Part shown: positions 8,338 through 20,225 of the stretch, piece by piece | How the letters are laid out: every line of letters begins with the position of its first letter | How positions within the stretch are numbered: position 1 is the stretch's first letter | Source: an uncultured Rhodobacteraceae bacterium | GTDB lineage: Bacteria; Pseudomonadota; Alphaproteobacteria; Rhodobacterales; Rhodobacteraceae | Direction: 5' to 3' | Assembly: GCA_947499715.1 (NCBI GenBank) | Contig: CANMPL010000008.1 | Span: 56,507 to 120,506, forward strand | Length of the DNA: 64,000 nucleotides | Notes under the pieces: generated by a model | What the model was told of the DNA's origin: nothing | Databases searched by the model: none | What the model saw: the letters and a program-made list of their open reading frames with translations, nothing else | Translations under genes and position numbers: made by a program

Positions 8338-11196
8338 CTATTCGGCGGCGACCTTACGCGATTTCAACATCGGGCCCAGATAATGACCGGTGTGACTGCC
8401 TTGCACCCCCGCAACCTCTTCTGGTGTCCCTTCCGCAACAATCTGGCCACCGCCGTCGCCACCCTCTGGCCCGATATCGATGATGTGGTCGGCGGTCTTG
8501 ACGACGTCCAGATTGTGCTCAATCACGATCACAGAGTTTCCCTGATCGACCAGCTCATGCAGCACTTCCAGCAGCTTACGCACGTCCTCAAAATGCAGAC
8601 CCGTCGTCGGCTCATCCAGAATGTAAAGCGTCCTGCCGGTTGACCGCTTCGCCAGCTCCTTTGACAGCTTCACGCGCTGCGCTTCACCGCCCGAGAGGGT
8701 CGTCGCTTGCTGACCCACTTTGATATAGCCAAGACCAACCCGCACCAGCGCATCCATCTTCTCACGGATACTCGGCACCGCCTTAAAGAACTCCTGCGCG
8801 TCCTCGACCGTCATATCCAGAACATCGGCAATCGACTTGCCTTTGAACTTGATCTCAAGCGTCTCGCGATTGTACCGCGCGCCCTTGCAGGTCTCACAGG
8901 TCACATAGACGTCCGGCAAAAAATGCATCTCGATCTTGATGACACCATCGCCCTGACAAGCCTCGCACCGCCCACCTTTGACGTTGAAGGAAAAGCGCCC
9001 CGGCTTGTAGCCGCGCGTCTTCGCCTCTGGCAGGCCCGCAAACCAGTCACGGATCGGAGTGAACGCGCCGGTATAAGTCGCAGGGTTTGACCGCGGCGTG
9101 CGCCCGATGGGCCGCTGGTCAATGTCGATCACCTTATCAAGGTGTTCCAGACCTTTGATCGTCTCGCAGGGCGCTGGCGTTTGCCGCGCACCGTTCAACT
9201 TCATGCTGGCGGTCTTGAACAATGTCTCAATCGTCAGCGTTGATTTGCCGCCACCCGAGACACCCGTCACACAAACAAATTCTCCCAGCGGAAAGTCAGC
9301 CGTGACCTCTTGCAGGTTGTTGCCCGTCGCCTTCACGACCTGCAGCTTTTTCTTGTTGCCCTTGCGCCGCTCTGCAGGCACAGCAATCTCTCGGCTGCCA
9401 ACAAGATACTGACCGGTAATGGATTTCTTGTTTTTCATGATCTGCGCAGGCGTGCCCTTGGCGACAACCTGCCCGCCATGCACACCGGCACCGGGCCCAA
9501 TATCAAAGACATAATCCGCCTCGCGGATCGCCTCCTCATCATGTTCGACCACAATAACCGTGTTGCCCTGATCGCGCAGGTTCTTCAGCGTCGTCAGCAA
9601 GCGGTCATTGTCACGCTGGTGCAGACCAATCGACGGTTCATCCAGCACGTATAGCACGCCCTGAAGGCCCGACCCGATCTGACTGGCCAGCCTAATCCGT
9701 TGGCTTTCCCCACCTGACAAGGTGCCCGCATTCCGGCTCAGCGTCAGATACTCAAGCCCCACATTGTTCAGGAACCCAAGCCGCTCTCTGATCTCTTTCA
9801 AAATCGCCGTCGCGATTTCATTCTTCTGCTTGCTCAGATGCCCCGGTACTCTTTCCGTCCACTCATGCGCCTCGCGGATCGACATCTGCACGATCTGACC
9901 CACGTGTTTCTTGCCAATCTTCACGGCAAGCGCCTCTGGCCGCAGACGATAGCCGCCACAGGCACCACAGGCCCGATTGTTCTGAAAGCCCTCAAACTCT
10001 TCGCGGATCCAGTTGCTGTCAGTTTCACGATAGCGGCGTTCCATGTTCGGGATCACGCCTTCAAACGGACGCTTGACCTGATAGACGCGGCCACCTTCAT
10101 CGTAGCGGAACTGGATTTCTTCCTTGCCGGACCCCCGCAAAAAGACATTCTGGATCTTTGGATCCAGATCCTTCCAGCGCGCGTTCTTGTTGAACCCATA
10201 ATGCTTGGCGATGCTTTCAATGGTTTGCAGGAAATACGGGCTCTTGCCCTTTCGCCATGGCGCGAGCGCACCGTCCGCAATTTTCAGGGTGACGTCAGGC
10301 ACCACAAGCCGTTCATCGAAAAACAGCTCAACCCCCAAGCCGTCACACGTTGGGCAGGCCCCAAACGGCGCATTGAACGAAAACAAGCGTGGTTCGATCT
10401 CTGGGATCGTGAACCCGGACACCGGACAGGCAAAATTCTCGCTGAACGTGATCCGCTCTGGGTCACCCTCTGTTGGCGCCGTTTCCAGCACCGTGATCCC
10501 ATCCGCGAGATCAAGCGCCGTACGAAAGGAATCCGCCAGCCGCGTTTCTAGCCCTTCGCGCACCACAATCCGGTCCACGACCACATCAATGTCATGACGG
10601 AACTTCTTGTCCAGCGTTGGCGGTTCGTCCAATTCATAGAACGCACCATCCACTTTGACCCGCTGGAAACCTTGCTTGCGCAGCTCCAGAAATTCCTTGC
10701 GGTATTCGCCTTTGCGGTCGCGCACGATCGGCGCAAGCAGATAGCCGCGCGTCCCTTCTTCCATGGTCATCACACGATCAACCATGTCCTGCACCTGCTG
10801 CGCTTCAATCGGCAGCCCGGTTGTCGGCGAATAAGGCGTCCCTGCCCGCGCAAACAGCAGTCGCATGTAGTCATAAATCTCGGTCACAGTGCCAACCGTA
10901 GATCTTGGGTTTTTGGACGTCGTCTTTTGCTCAATCGAAATCGCAGGCGACAAGCCAGAGATGTGATCCACATCCGGTTTTTCCATCATGTCCAGAAACT
11001 GCCGCGCATATGCGCTCAGGCTTTCGACATAACGCCGCTGCCCCTCAGCGTAGATCGTATCAAACGCAAGGCTCGACTTACCCGACCCTGACAGCCCTGT
11101 GATCACGACCAACTGGTCGCGCGGAATATCCACGTCAATGTTCTTGAGGTTATGTTCGCGCGCACCGCGCACTTCGATGTTCTTCAGCTCGGCCAT
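8338..11196 (-). CDS. uvrA: Excinuclease ABC subunit A
   Basis: 952 aa. Starts [26 protein letters not shown], has two ABC ATPase modules ([18 protein letters not shown]) and zinc-finger Cys clusters. Confidence 0.98.
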   Translation of the reverse strand: MAELKNIEVRGAREHNLKNIDVDIPRDQLVVITGLSGSGKSSLAFDTIYAEGQRRYVESLSAYARQFLDMMEKPDVDHISGLSPAISIEQKTTSKNPRSTVGTVTEIYDYMRLLFARAGTPYSPTTGLPIEAQQVQDMVDRVMTMEEGTRGYLLAPIVRDRKGEYRKEFLELRKQGFQRVKVDGAFYELDEPPTLDKKFRHDIDVVVDRIVVREGLETRLADSFRTALDLADGITVLETAPTEGDPERITFSENFACPVSGFTIPEIEPRLFSFNAPFGACPTCDGLGVELFFDERLVVPDVTLKIADGALAPWRKGKSPYFLQTIESIAKHYGFNKNARWKDLDPKIQNVFLRGSGKEEIQFRYDEGGRVYQVKRPFEGVIPNMERRYRETDSNWIREEFEGFQNNRACGACGGYRLRPEALAVKIGKKHVGQIVQMSIREAHEWTERVPGHLSKQKNEIATAILKEIRERLGFLNNVGLEYLTLSRNAGTLSGGESQRIRLASQIGSGLQGVLYVLDEPSIGLHQRDNDRLLTTLKNLRDQGNTVIVVEHDEEAIREADYVFDIGPGAGVHGGQVVAKGTPAQIMKNKKSITGQYLVGSREIAVPAERRKGNKKKLQVVKATGNNLQEVTADFPLGEFVCVTGVSGGGKSTLTIETLFKTASMKLNGARQTPAPCETIKGLEHLDKVIDIDQRPIGRTPRSNPATYTGAFTPIRDWFAGLPEAKTRGYKPGRFSFNVKGGRCEACQGDGVIKIEMHFLPDVYVTCETCKGARYNRETLEIKFKGKSIADVLDMTVEDAQEFFKAVPSIREKMDALVRVGLGYIKVGQQATTLSGGEAQRVKLSKELAKRSTGRTLYILDEPTTGLHFEDVRKLLEVLHELVDQGNSVIVIEHNLDVVKTADHIIDIGPEGGDGGGQIVAEGTPEEVAGVQGSHTGHYLGPMLKSRKVAAE

Positions 11197-11262
11197 GTGG
11201 CACCCCCAGATGCGTCATGACACCAGATAGAGGGTCTGACGTCGTTCGCCAGCCCCAAATTA

Positions 11263-11277
11263 GAACATTAAGTGAAC
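11263..11277 (-). promoter_or_regulatory. Alphaproteobacterial LexA (SOS) box GTTC-N7-GTTC upstream of uvrA
   Basis: The plus strand reads GAACATTAAGTGAAC, which is GTTCACTTAATGTTC on the uvrA strand. It lies 66 nt upstream of the uvrA start. Confidence 0.65.
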
Positions 11278-11299
11278 ATAAGAAAGAAAAACTCTCACT

Positions 11300-11318
11300 G
11301 CTGACACAATTTGTCAGC
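11300..11318 (-). terminator. Hairpin overlapping the stop of the 11314-11697 gene, followed on the minus strand by a T-rich run
   Basis: GCTGACA-caatt-TGTCAGC. The minus-strand downstream sequence is AGTGAGAGTTTTTCTTTCTT. Confidence 0.4.
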
Positions 11319-11697
11319 CTGCCGCTTCTAAAATCTGAACACGGGTGACGGAACCGCCAGAACCATAGACACGCACAAGAACAAAGCCGATGAATTGGCT
11401 CCGAATACGGTCCACCGTGTGATGGCTCCGGTCATAGTCACAATTCCCCGCAATCATCCCGCGCCGCGCCGTGGTGTTAAAGAACGGATCGGGTTGTTCG
11501 CCGTCAGGATTGCCGAACCGATGCACATTGGCCCGATCCTGCTGCACAATGGCGCAGACGTCATTCAACGGCTGCCCTTTGGAATTGTAAGTATCCTGCG
11601 GACTAAGCGTCGCGTAATACTCAAACATCAGGTTATCAGCGCTGGCAGCACCAGCAAAAAGGCTCAATGACAAAGCCGCAGCGATCATTCGATTCAT
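11314..11697 (-). CDS. Exported hypothetical protein (127 aa)
   Basis: The internal start gives a clean signal peptide, MNRMIAAALSLSLFAGAASA. I recognise no family. Confidence 0.6.
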   Translation of the reverse strand: MNRMIAAALSLSLFAGAASADNLMFEYYATLSPQDTYNSKGQPLNDVCAIVQQDRANVHRFGNPDGEQPDPFFNTTARRGMIAGNCDYDRSHHTVDRIRSQFIGFVLVRVYGSGGSVTRVQILEAAG

Positions 11698-11772
11698 CAA
11701 AAAAACTCCAACAAAAAGGCCAGGTGCAATACCTGCAGCCTGACCCCTTTGTCGCATCATTTCAACGGTCCG

Positions 11773-13167
11773 TTACATGTGGATCACGCGCCCATAGGCG
11801 TCCAGAACGCTTTCATGCATCATCTCGGACAGCGTCGGGTGCGGGAAGACCGTGTTCATCAGGTCTTCTTCCGTCGTCTCCAACTGACGCCCGACAACAT
11901 AGCCTTGGATCAGCTCTGTCACCTCGGCACCAACCATATGCGCGCCCAGCAACTCGCCAGTCTTTTCATCAAAGATCGTCTTAATCATGCCTTCGGGTTC
12001 GCCCAAGGCGATCGCCTTGCCGTTGCCAATAAACGGGAACCGCCCGACCTTGATCTTATAGCCCAGCTCTTTCGCTTTCGCTTCGGTGTAGCCCACGCTC
12101 GCGACCTGAGGGTGACAATAGGTGCAGCCCGCGATGCTTTCGGGCTTCACCGGATGCGCGTGTTTCCCGGCAATCAGATCCGCAACCATCACGCCCTCGT
12201 GGCTGGCCTTGTGCGCCAACCAGGGCGCACCCGCAATATCGCCAATCGCATATAGCCCATCGACGCCGGTGCGGCAGAACTCGTCCGTGACAACATGGGT
12301 CCGGTCGACCTTGACGCCCATCTCTTCCAGACCAAGACCCTCGACGTTGCCGACAATCCCGACGGCAGAAATCACCGTGTCGAACTCTTGTTTCTCAACC
12401 TTGCCGCCCACTTCGATATGGGCCGTGACCTTGCCTTTGCCGCGATCAAGCTGCTTGACCATGGCCTTCTCCATGATCTTCATGCCCTGCTTCACGAACT
12501 GCTTCTTGGCAAAGGCTGAAATCTCTGCGTCTTCCACGGGCAACACGCGGTCCATCACCTCGACCACTGTCGTGTCGGCGCCCATCGTGTTGTAAAAACT
12601 GGCAAATTCGATGCCAATCGCACCGGACCCAATCACCAACAGCTTCTTTGGCATCCGCACCGGATCAAGCGCGTGCTTATAGGTCCAAACCAAATCGCCA
12701 TCAGCCTCAAGCCCCGGCAATTCGCGTGCCCGCGCGCCTGTCGCCAGCACAATGTTCTTGGCCGTCAACTCTTCGGTGCCCTTGTCGGTTGTGACGCTGA
12801 CCTTGCCTTTGCCGGTCAGTTTCGCCTCACCCATCACGGTCGTGACCTTGTTCTTTTTCATCAAATGGCTGATCCCGCCGGACAATTGTCCCGCCACTTG
12901 GCGCGACCGCTTGACCACGGCCCCCAGATCAAAGCTCGCCTTATCCACACTCAGGCCAAACTCTTTGGCACGGTGCATCAGGTGAAAGACCTCAGAGGAT
13001 CGCAACAACGCCTTGGTCGGGATACAGCCCCAGTTCAGGCAGATGCCGCCCATATGCTCGCGTTCCACGATGGCCACATTCAGACCCAGCTGCGCGCCTC
13101 GGATCGCGGCCACGTAACCGCCCGGCCCCGCGCCAATTACAATCAGGTCAAAGGATTTCGCAGCCAT
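11773..13167 (-). CDS. lpdA: Dihydrolipoyl dehydrogenase (E3)
   Basis: FAD motif VIGAGPGGY, redox disulfide GGICLNWGCIPTK, and a C-terminal HPTLSE interface motif. Confidence 0.96.
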   Translation of the reverse strand: MAAKSFDLIVIGAGPGGYVAAIRGAQLGLNVAIVEREHMGGICLNWGCIPTKALLRSSEVFHLMHRAKEFGLSVDKASFDLGAVVKRSRQVAGQLSGGISHLMKKNKVTTVMGEAKLTGKGKVSVTTDKGTEELTAKNIVLATGARARELPGLEADGDLVWTYKHALDPVRMPKKLLVIGSGAIGIEFASFYNTMGADTTVVEVMDRVLPVEDAEISAFAKKQFVKQGMKIMEKAMVKQLDRGKGKVTAHIEVGGKVEKQEFDTVISAVGIVGNVEGLGLEEMGVKVDRTHVVTDEFCRTGVDGLYAIGDIAGAPWLAHKASHEGVMVADLIAGKHAHPVKPESIAGCTYCHPQVASVGYTEAKAKELGYKIKVGRFPFIGNGKAIALGEPEGMIKTIFDEKTGELLGAHMVGAEVTELIQGYVVGRQLETTEEDLMNTVFPHPTLSEMMHESVLDAYGRVIHM

Positions 13168-13266
13168 GTCTCTCTCCCATAGAAATAAGATAGTTTGACA
13201 TTAAACTAATTACGGCAGGACCTCCACCCGTCTGACATCAAACCCGGTATCTTCCCTGCGCAAGGC

Positions 13267-13848
13267 TCAAGCGGCCGTATCTTGCATCGCACGCAGGATG
13301 CCACCATAGCCGCCATTGTCGAGAAAATCCTGCTCTGCCGCAGTGGTTTTGCGGCCCAAAGCTTCGTTTCGAAATGGGAATCGCCCAAACTTTCGAATGA
13401 TTTCGCGATGGGCCTTCGCGTGGGCCAAGTGTTCGGCGCCTCCGTCCGGCATCCTTGAACAGATCACCCGCATTGCCCGATCCTGATCAAACAGGTTTTC
13501 GGAATGCATCAGCGGCATATAGAAAAACTGCCGTGCCATCCCATCAATCTTGAAGTCCCAGTCCTTTGCAATCGCGACCTTGGCCGCCGCACATGCGGCC
13601 TGATCCGTCTCAAAGGCCTCTGGTTTGCCGCGATAGATGTTGCGCGAAAACTGGTCCGTCAGAATGATATAAGCCAGTGTTTCAGATGCGCAGGTCAGCC
13701 AAAGGCCAAGTGATCCTGCCCGCGCCAAATCCAATGTGGGGCCAAAGCGGTCCCGAATTTCTGCATCAAGCGCATCGCCGCGCGCATACCAACCCTTCGG
13801 CCCGACCTCATCCAGCCAAAAAGCCAACACATCCTGAGGTGTTTTCAC
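13267..13848 (-). CDS. DUF924-family protein
   Basis: TDQFSRNIYRG ... HSE ... FGRFPFRNEALGRKTTAAEQDFL matches the DUF924 pattern I know. Confidence 0.75.
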   Translation of the reverse strand: MKTPQDVLAFWLDEVGPKGWYARGDALDAEIRDRFGPTLDLARAGSLGLWLTCASETLAYIILTDQFSRNIYRGKPEAFETDQAACAAAKVAIAKDWDFKIDGMARQFFYMPLMHSENLFDQDRAMRVICSRMPDGGAEHLAHAKAHREIIRKFGRFPFRNEALGRKTTAAEQDFLDNGGYGGILRAMQDTAA

Positions 13849-13908
13849 CGCTCAACCCTTTGCACACGTTTTCTTCACTCAAACAGACCCACTGGCCCAA
13901 AACAAGAC

Positions 13909-15171
13909 TTATGTCGGGGGATTGCCGTCTTCGGTTTCCCCTTCGATATACCACTCCTGCGCCATTTCCGCGACAATCGGTGTCGTGGCAGGGCCGACCT
14001 GCGCATAAGGCACCGTGTCCAGATCCAGTTCGACCCGGCTTCTGCGTCCCATCCGCCAGACGGCATATGCGGCCACTGCACCAATCAATACGGCAAGAAA
14101 TGCCCAATATCCTTGCGTCCCATAGTAATCCATCATGGCCCCGACAATCAGCGGCCCCGCAATGGCCCCGATCCCATTGATAAACAACAACCCGCCCGAA
14201 GCTGCCGCCATATCCTCGTGCTCCAGATAGTCGTTGGCATAGGCGATCAGCAGTGCATAGAGCGGGTTTGACGTCCCCCCGACCAGCGCCCCGGCCACCA
14301 ATGCGACAAACAATGATCCCGGCAGGATCGCCCCGATCAAGGCACCAACCATGCCAATCAGGCACACCACGATGATCAGCAACCGCCGGTCCATCCGGTC
14401 AGACGCCCAGCCAATCGGATATTGCGCGATCAGTGCCGCCACATAGATCGCAGACACAAACAGCGACACCTCACCAACATTGAAACCTGCCCGCGTCGCA
14501 TAGACCGCGGACATGCCGAACTGGGCCGCAAAAACGCCGCCCAGCATGAACATGCCAAAACAGGCCAACGGCGAGGCCGCAATCAGCCGCTTTATCGACA
14601 TCGGCTTGGTTTGATCAAACGCTGGCGTCGGTTTGACCGACAAAAGAATCGGCGCAAAAGCCATCGACACCAGCACCGATGGGATGATGAACAGGACATA
14701 ACCGCCCACGTCCCCGCGGCTCAGGATGTATTGCGCAAAGACGATTCCAGCCATCTGCACGATCATGTAGACCGAAAGCGACTGACCGCGTGTCTCATTG
14801 GTGCTGGCCGCATTCAGCCAGCTTTCCGCCGTCACGTAGACGCCGCAAAAACAGAACCCCATGATGACGCGGCCAATTGTCCAGGCCCAAGGCTCTGCCA
14901 GCGTTGGATAAAGGATCAAAACGGCAGAAATTGTGGATCCCAGTGCCGCAAAAACCCGCACATGCCCGACCCGGCGGATCAGCTCTGGCACCATTTTAGA
15001 CGCAAACAGGAAACCCGCGAAATAGGCCGACATGACAATCGAAAGCTCTAGCGTAGTGAACCCTTCCATCTCGCCACGTAGCCCCAGCAACGTCCCCTGA
15101 AGACCGTTGCCAATCATCAGCATGAACATGCCCAGAAACAGCGCCCACGACGCCCCAAATACTTGAATCAT
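13909..15171 (-). CDS. MFS transporter (12-TM type)
   Basis: 420 aa and hydrophobic throughout, with MFS-like loop motifs. The substrate cannot be determined. Confidence 0.8.
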   Translation of the reverse strand: MIQVFGASWALFLGMFMLMIGNGLQGTLLGLRGEMEGFTTLELSIVMSAYFAGFLFASKMVPELIRRVGHVRVFAALGSTISAVLILYPTLAEPWAWTIGRVIMGFCFCGVYVTAESWLNAASTNETRGQSLSVYMIVQMAGIVFAQYILSRGDVGGYVLFIIPSVLVSMAFAPILLSVKPTPAFDQTKPMSIKRLIAASPLACFGMFMLGGVFAAQFGMSAVYATRAGFNVGEVSLFVSAIYVAALIAQYPIGWASDRMDRRLLIIVVCLIGMVGALIGAILPGSLFVALVAGALVGGTSNPLYALLIAYANDYLEHEDMAAASGGLLFINGIGAIAGPLIVGAMMDYYGTQGYWAFLAVLIGAVAAYAVWRMGRRSRVELDLDTVPYAQVGPATTPIVAEMAQEWYIEGETEDGNPPT

Positions 15172-15262
15172 TGCGTGCCCTTTCGGGGAAAATCGCCCTT
15201 GCCTACCAACGATTAATCGTCAGCATCTGTTCCATCAGCGGCAGATTCCGTCGCAGTTCTGC

Positions 15263-16318
15263 CTAAACGCCCTTTGGCAGCAAAATCGACGCATCACCAT
15301 AGGAAAAAAACCGATAGCGCGCATTGATTGCGTGGTCGTAAATTTCACGTATCCGCCCCTGCCCCATCATCGCCGAAACCAGCATCATCAGCGTTGATTT
15401 TGGCAAATGAAAATTGGTCATCAACCCGTCAGCAATACGAAATGTGAAGCCCGGTGTGATAAAGATATCCGTTGGCCCCTCCCAAGGTCCAAGCCCTTCG
15501 TCGGTGGCGGCACTTTCCACCAGACGCAGCGCGGTTGTGCCAACCGGTATGACCCGCCCGCCTGCCGCACGCGTTGCGTTCACTTCGTCGGCTGCCGCTT
15601 GGGACACATGCCCCCATTCGCTGTGCATCTTATGCTGGCTGATATCATCAACCTTCACCGGCAAAAACGTCCCCGCCCCCACATGCAACGTGACAAAGGA
15701 AAACGTCACACCCATTGCCTCCAGCTTTGCAAGCAGCGGCCCGTCAAAATGAAGCGAGGCCGTGGGCGCGGCGACAGCGCCCTGATGCTTTGCCCACCAT
15801 GTCTGATAGTCGGATTTGTCGGCGTCATCCGCCGGCCGTTTTGCCGCGATATAGGGCGGTAAGGGCATTGCACCCACCGTCTGCAACGCGGCATCAAAAT
15901 CATCACCGGTCAGATTAAAACGCAACACGGCCTGCCCATCAGCACGCGCCGTAACCTGCGCGCTCAGGTCATCCGAAAAAACAATCGTCTCGCCATCCCG
16001 CACTTTCTTGATCGGCTTGACCAAAGCCGTCCACGTGCCATCTGCCTGCGGCTCAAGCAAGGTCACGTCCATCTTGGCCTTGGTCGCGCCCGCGTCTCCG
16101 TTTCGGTGCCGCACACCGTTCAATCTTGCGGGGATGACCTTGGTGTCATTCAGCACCAACCTGTCCCCCGGCCGCAAAACCTTGGGCAAATCTGCGACCG
16201 TCATATCCTGGATGTGATCGGGCCCCGCCACCAGCAGCTTGGCGGCTGTCCTTGGCCGCGCGGGCCGCGTCGCAATTAAGTCGTCGGGCAGGTCAAAATC
16301 AAAGTCGGACAGCTTCAT
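15263..16318 (-). CDS. queA: S-adenosylmethionine:tRNA ribosyltransferase-isomerase
   Basis: [20 protein letters not shown] start, TASLHF, and [11 protein letters not shown] are typical QueA features. Confidence 0.95.
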   Translation of the reverse strand: MKLSDFDFDLPDDLIATRPARPRTAAKLLVAGPDHIQDMTVADLPKVLRPGDRLVLNDTKVIPARLNGVRHRNGDAGATKAKMDVTLLEPQADGTWTALVKPIKKVRDGETIVFSDDLSAQVTARADGQAVLRFNLTGDDFDAALQTVGAMPLPPYIAAKRPADDADKSDYQTWWAKHQGAVAAPTASLHFDGPLLAKLEAMGVTFSFVTLHVGAGTFLPVKVDDISQHKMHSEWGHVSQAAADEVNATRAAGGRVIPVGTTALRLVESAATDEGLGPWEGPTDIFITPGFTFRIADGLMTNFHLPKSTLMMLVSAMMGQGRIREIYDHAINARYRFFSYGDASILLPKGV

Positions 16319-19300
16319 GGTGTGACCTCTGGCGGTGGGCGGCGAAACAACTCTCTGAACATTCCAGGCGTCAACGCCGACAACGGATTGACCGACACCG
16401 ACGGTGCGTCGCTTGCCCCAGTGATCGTAAAGTTGAATCCGATCAGGCCTTCACCCCGCCGTGTCAGAACACTGCCGATGCTGTTGATCAGATAAAACGG
16501 TGACACGACGCCCTGAAAGTCAAAGGATTTGCTGGCCAGCGTGTAGATCCCGTCCAGCGAAATGCCAAGCCCCGGCCCGACGGCATTTGCCTCGGTCACC
16601 ACAACCTGACTGGGGGACAGGCGAAACTTTGCGTTGACCTCTTCAAAGGCAAGACCTTGGCCGTCCAACTGCTGCAACAAACCAACGACGCTGATGGCAT
16701 CCAAAAGGGCCGCCATCGCGGGGGCATCGCGCACCCGAATATTGCGGATCGACAGAAAGCCGTCGAAACTGCCCGCCGTACCGGCAGGCAGCAACCGCAG
16801 GTCCAGATCTCCCCCAACTCCGTTCTTGAGGAAACCCGCCGCGCGCACCGCCCCACCCGCATCGTCGCTTTGGATCCGCAGGGCCGTGCGCCCGTTCTGC
16901 GGTGCGACCGTGCCGCGCACACCGGGGCCGTCGTTGACCCTTGCAGTGAATTGTCCCGATAGCCCTCCGGTGCTGGAAAACTCGCCCCGAAACCCACGCA
17001 GCGCCAACCCTTCAGTGACCTGCAAGCGGTCAAGCGACACGGCCAACGGCCCACCAGCGCCGCCGCTCGGCGGGCCAAACTGCGCCCGGCGCAGATCAAG
17101 CAACCCGCCCGAAACCTCGACCCCAACAGGCCGCCCCGCACCGCGCCCCCGCAACGTCACCGGCGCGTCAAGCCAGTTGCCGACCTGCACGCGCGAAAAG
17201 CGCGCCGCTTCCAACTGCCCTGCGGCATTCAGTTCTATCCGTCCGCTGGCCGACAATCCGCCGCCCGCGACCTCAAGACTTTCGATACTTGGGTTGTCAC
17301 CAAACCGCCCTGCAATATCCAACGCGCCCTGCTGCTGAGGCGATTTTGAAACACCAACCTGAGGCAGCGCCAGCGCAATGCCACGCAGATCTGATGTCAA
17401 ACGATAGGCAGGTGCTTCTCCACGTTGCAGATCAAGCTGCAAATTGCCCTGCCCCTCGCCCCGCACCGTGCCCGGCGGCAGCGCGATATTGAAGGCATCC
17501 AGGGTCGCTTGTGACAGGGCGATTTGGGCAGAAACCTGACTGCCCTTTTGACCCATGATCTGTGTCCATGTGCCATTCAGCGGCACCCCATCCAGCCGGA
17601 TCGGCCCTCCGATGGACAATTGCGCATTGCTCGCTTCAACCGTCAGCCCGGTTCCCTCCAACCTGCGTCCCTTGACCAACACCTCGCTGCGCACATTGCG
17701 CAAACCGGCTGTCACATCGTATTCAAACGCCTCTTTTGGCACCGGGTTTTTCAGCGGAAACCGCAGGCGCGCCACCGTTTCCGCGCGTCCATCGGCCAGC
17801 GTGGTTGGCAGATTTGCACGGCTCATAAAACCAAAGGGCGGCTGGTCCAATGCGGACAAGACCGCCGTGATACTGCTCGCAATCCGAAGATCCAGTTCCA
17901 TCGGGGCGTTCTTGATGCGCACATCAGGGATCGTCATCACCGACCCTGCAAAATCTAGCGCGCCACCCTGCGGTGCGATGGCCTGACCCTTTGCAAAGGT
18001 CATCACGTAACGATTGTCGATCAGGCTCGCGCGGCCCGCACTGTCGCGGACCGGATTGATCCGTTTGAAAATACGCAAATCCGTGTTGTCAAAGGCATAT
18101 TGCAAGGCAAGCCGCCCCGGCGCGCCAGGTGATTTACGCCACCCGACATGCAGATCTGTCAGCTCTGCCGCTTCAAGATTTGCAACAAACCAGCGTCTTG
18201 TACCGGGACGAAAATCCGTGGGCCAAAGCGCAAACAGGCGGTCTTGCGTCACAACATCGCCGCCCAGATCGACCGCGGTCTGCCAACCTTCGGGCGCGGC
18301 TTTCGCATGGCCGCTTGCAACAAGCGTGCCGTCGGATCCAATCACCACGGCCTGTCCAACTTCGATTTCAAAGGGGGACAACCGCAACCTGAAATCGACG
18401 GCGACGTCACCAAATAGAATGGGCGCGTCATAGATCTGGGCCGGGTTCATGGTCAGCCCCGGAAACACAAACTGCCCAATCAGGGCATCGGGCAAACCGT
18501 CAACAAGATCCTCCGCAAAAGCTTGCCCACGACCGGTCACTGCCCCCCAGTCAGTTCGTAATGAGATGCTCTGGAAATCAAGCCAGAGCGCGGCCGGATC
18601 AAACCGCAACGCAATATCCGCCCCTTCAAACCCAAAGGCCTGCGCACCGCCACGCGGCGCAAATTGCCCGCCCCCAATCGACAACGCGGCCTGCGTGACA
18701 CCAAGGTCGCCATTTGTGTCAATCGTTGTGCGCAGATCCGCTGTCAGCGGCGCGTCCACCGCCGAAAGCCAGGCCAAAGCAGGCGATTGGGTCGCAATGT
18801 CGCTGGCCTGAATATCCTGCACCGACACGTCGATTTCAGCCGTCGTGCTGTCCTTTGGACTTTCAAATTTCAGGCTGACTTGTCCGACCTGTCCCGCTGA
18901 CAACACCGCAAGATCAGCCTCCAGCCGCGTGTCGTCCCCGCGCACATCCAGCGACAAACGCCCCCCATCAACGGTCCATGCCCGCCCCGCGCGCGCATCC
19001 GCATAGTTGATCACAAGTCCTTCGACATTGACCTTTTCAAAGGCCGCAAGCTCGGGTCGGTCAAAAATCTCGTCAACCTGCGCCAGCAAGGCCTGCAGGC
19101 TGTCCGCCTGCCCGGCATCTGCCGCGCCACGCTCAAAACTGACGGCGACGGATCCATCGGCGTTGCGGCGCAAATCCACTTGCGCGCCGCTCAATTGCAC
19201 CTCTTGCACCAGCGCGGCGCGGTCAAACAGCAATCCGCGCGGCGACACGACGCCGCTGATCTGCGCAACCCGCGTCAACACCGCACCATTCGCATCGCGC

Positions 19301-19590
19301 AACACCGTGTCCTGCAACCGCATCCTGGGGTGCAGGTCGCGCCCGACGTTCAGCGTGATCTCTCCGAAGTCGAGCGTGCCGCCACCCAGCATCTCGGCCG
19401 CGCGCGCCTCAACAGCACGGGTGATCCATGACGGTGCTGTGATGTCGCGGTCGATCATCATCGCCGCTGCGATGATCGCAAAAACAACGGGCAGACAGGC
19501 CAAAAGCCATACAACCCGCAAACCGTGCCATGCGGCTCGGGTCGCCTTGCGCCGTCTTGGCGGGGTGTCTTCCCCGTCTGGTGTCGTCAT
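16315..19590 (-). CDS. Large AsmA/YhdP-like (DUF3971-type) envelope protein with an N-terminal membrane anchor
   Basis: 1091 aa with a single N-terminal TM ([21 protein letters not shown]). The rest is a long beta-rich region with a conserved C-terminal block ([20 protein letters not shown]). It overlaps queA by 4 nt. Confidence 0.7.
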   Translation of the reverse strand: MTTPDGEDTPPRRRKATRAAWHGLRVVWLLACLPVVFAIIAAAMMIDRDITAPSWITRAVEARAAEMLGGGTLDFGEITLNVGRDLHPRMRLQDTVLRDANGAVLTRVAQISGVVSPRGLLFDRAALVQEVQLSGAQVDLRRNADGSVAVSFERGAADAGQADSLQALLAQVDEIFDRPELAAFEKVNVEGLVINYADARAGRAWTVDGGRLSLDVRGDDTRLEADLAVLSAGQVGQVSLKFESPKDSTTAEIDVSVQDIQASDIATQSPALAWLSAVDAPLTADLRTTIDTNGDLGVTQAALSIGGGQFAPRGGAQAFGFEGADIALRFDPAALWLDFQSISLRTDWGAVTGRGQAFAEDLVDGLPDALIGQFVFPGLTMNPAQIYDAPILFGDVAVDFRLRLSPFEIEVGQAVVIGSDGTLVASGHAKAAPEGWQTAVDLGGDVVTQDRLFALWPTDFRPGTRRWFVANLEAAELTDLHVGWRKSPGAPGRLALQYAFDNTDLRIFKRINPVRDSAGRASLIDNRYVMTFAKGQAIAPQGGALDFAGSVMTIPDVRIKNAPMELDLRIASSITAVLSALDQPPFGFMSRANLPTTLADGRAETVARLRFPLKNPVPKEAFEYDVTAGLRNVRSEVLVKGRRLEGTGLTVEASNAQLSIGGPIRLDGVPLNGTWTQIMGQKGSQVSAQIALSQATLDAFNIALPPGTVRGEGQGNLQLDLQRGEAPAYRLTSDLRGIALALPQVGVSKSPQQQGALDIAGRFGDNPSIESLEVAGGGLSASGRIELNAAGQLEAARFSRVQVGNWLDAPVTLRGRGAGRPVGVEVSGGLLDLRRAQFGPPSGGAGGPLAVSLDRLQVTEGLALRGFRGEFSSTGGLSGQFTARVNDGPGVRGTVAPQNGRTALRIQSDDAGGAVRAAGFLKNGVGGDLDLRLLPAGTAGSFDGFLSIRNIRVRDAPAMAALLDAISVVGLLQQLDGQGLAFEEVNAKFRLSPSQVVVTEANAVGPGLGISLDGIYTLASKSFDFQGVVSPFYLINSIGSVLTRRGEGLIGFNFTITGASDAPSVSVNPLSALTPGMFRELFRRPPPEVTP

Positions 19591-19677
19591 ACTCTGCCCA
19601 TCCGGGCTTTATCTTTGCCGCTCGCGCACTAAAACGAAACCTCAAAGCAACGCAATGTCTCAAAAAGGATCCCTCAC

Positions 19678-20145
19678 ATGTCAGAACTCGCCCCCGGCGA
19701 TACCGCGCCTTCTGTTTCATTGCCCCGCGACGGCGGTGCCACAGTCAACCTTTCGGACTTTGCTGGCCAAAATGTTGTTCTGTTCTTTTACCCCCGCGAT
19801 GACACCTCTGGCTGCACCAAAGAGGCCGTCGGATTCACCCAAGCCGCCGCTGCCTTTGCCGCCGCAAATTTGGTGGTGATCGGGGTGTCAAAGGACAGCG
19901 TCAAAAAGCACGACAAATTCGTCGCCAAACATGGGTTAGGCGTGCCGCTTTTGTCGGATGAGCATGGCGACGTCTGCGAGCGCTACGGCGTGTGGAAAGA
20001 AAAAAGCATGTATGGCAAGACCTACATGGGCATCGAACGCACCACCTTTTTGGTGCGGGCTGACGGCACGATTGCGGAAATCTGGCGCAAGGTGAAGGTG
20101 CCGGGCCACGTCGATGCTGTTCTTGACGCCGTGCGTGCGCTTTAG
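19678..20145 (+). CDS. bcp: Thioredoxin-dependent peroxiredoxin Bcp
   Basis: FFYPRDDTSGCTKEA contains the peroxidatic Cys. 155 aa. Confidence 0.92.
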   Translation: MSELAPGDTAPSVSLPRDGGATVNLSDFAGQNVVLFFYPRDDTSGCTKEAVGFTQAAAAFAAANLVVIGVSKDSVKKHDKFVAKHGLGVPLLSDEHGDVCERYGVWKEKSMYGKTYMGIERTTFLVRADGTIAEIWRKVKVPGHVDAVLDAVRAL

Positions 20146-20154
20146 GTGGGAATA

Positions 20155-20211
20155 CGATTTTTCGACGAAAAATCGCGCCTCCGGCGGGCATATTTTTATT
20201 CAAAAGAAAAC
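20155..20211 (+). repeat. Bipartite dispersed 3'-end repeat, copy A
   Basis: CGATTTTTCGACGAAAAATCG palindrome, then CCTCCGGCGGGCATATTTTTATTCAAAAGAAAAC. It starts 10 nt after the bcp stop. Confidence 0.8.
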
Positions 20212-20225
20212 AGATTGGCACAAAG

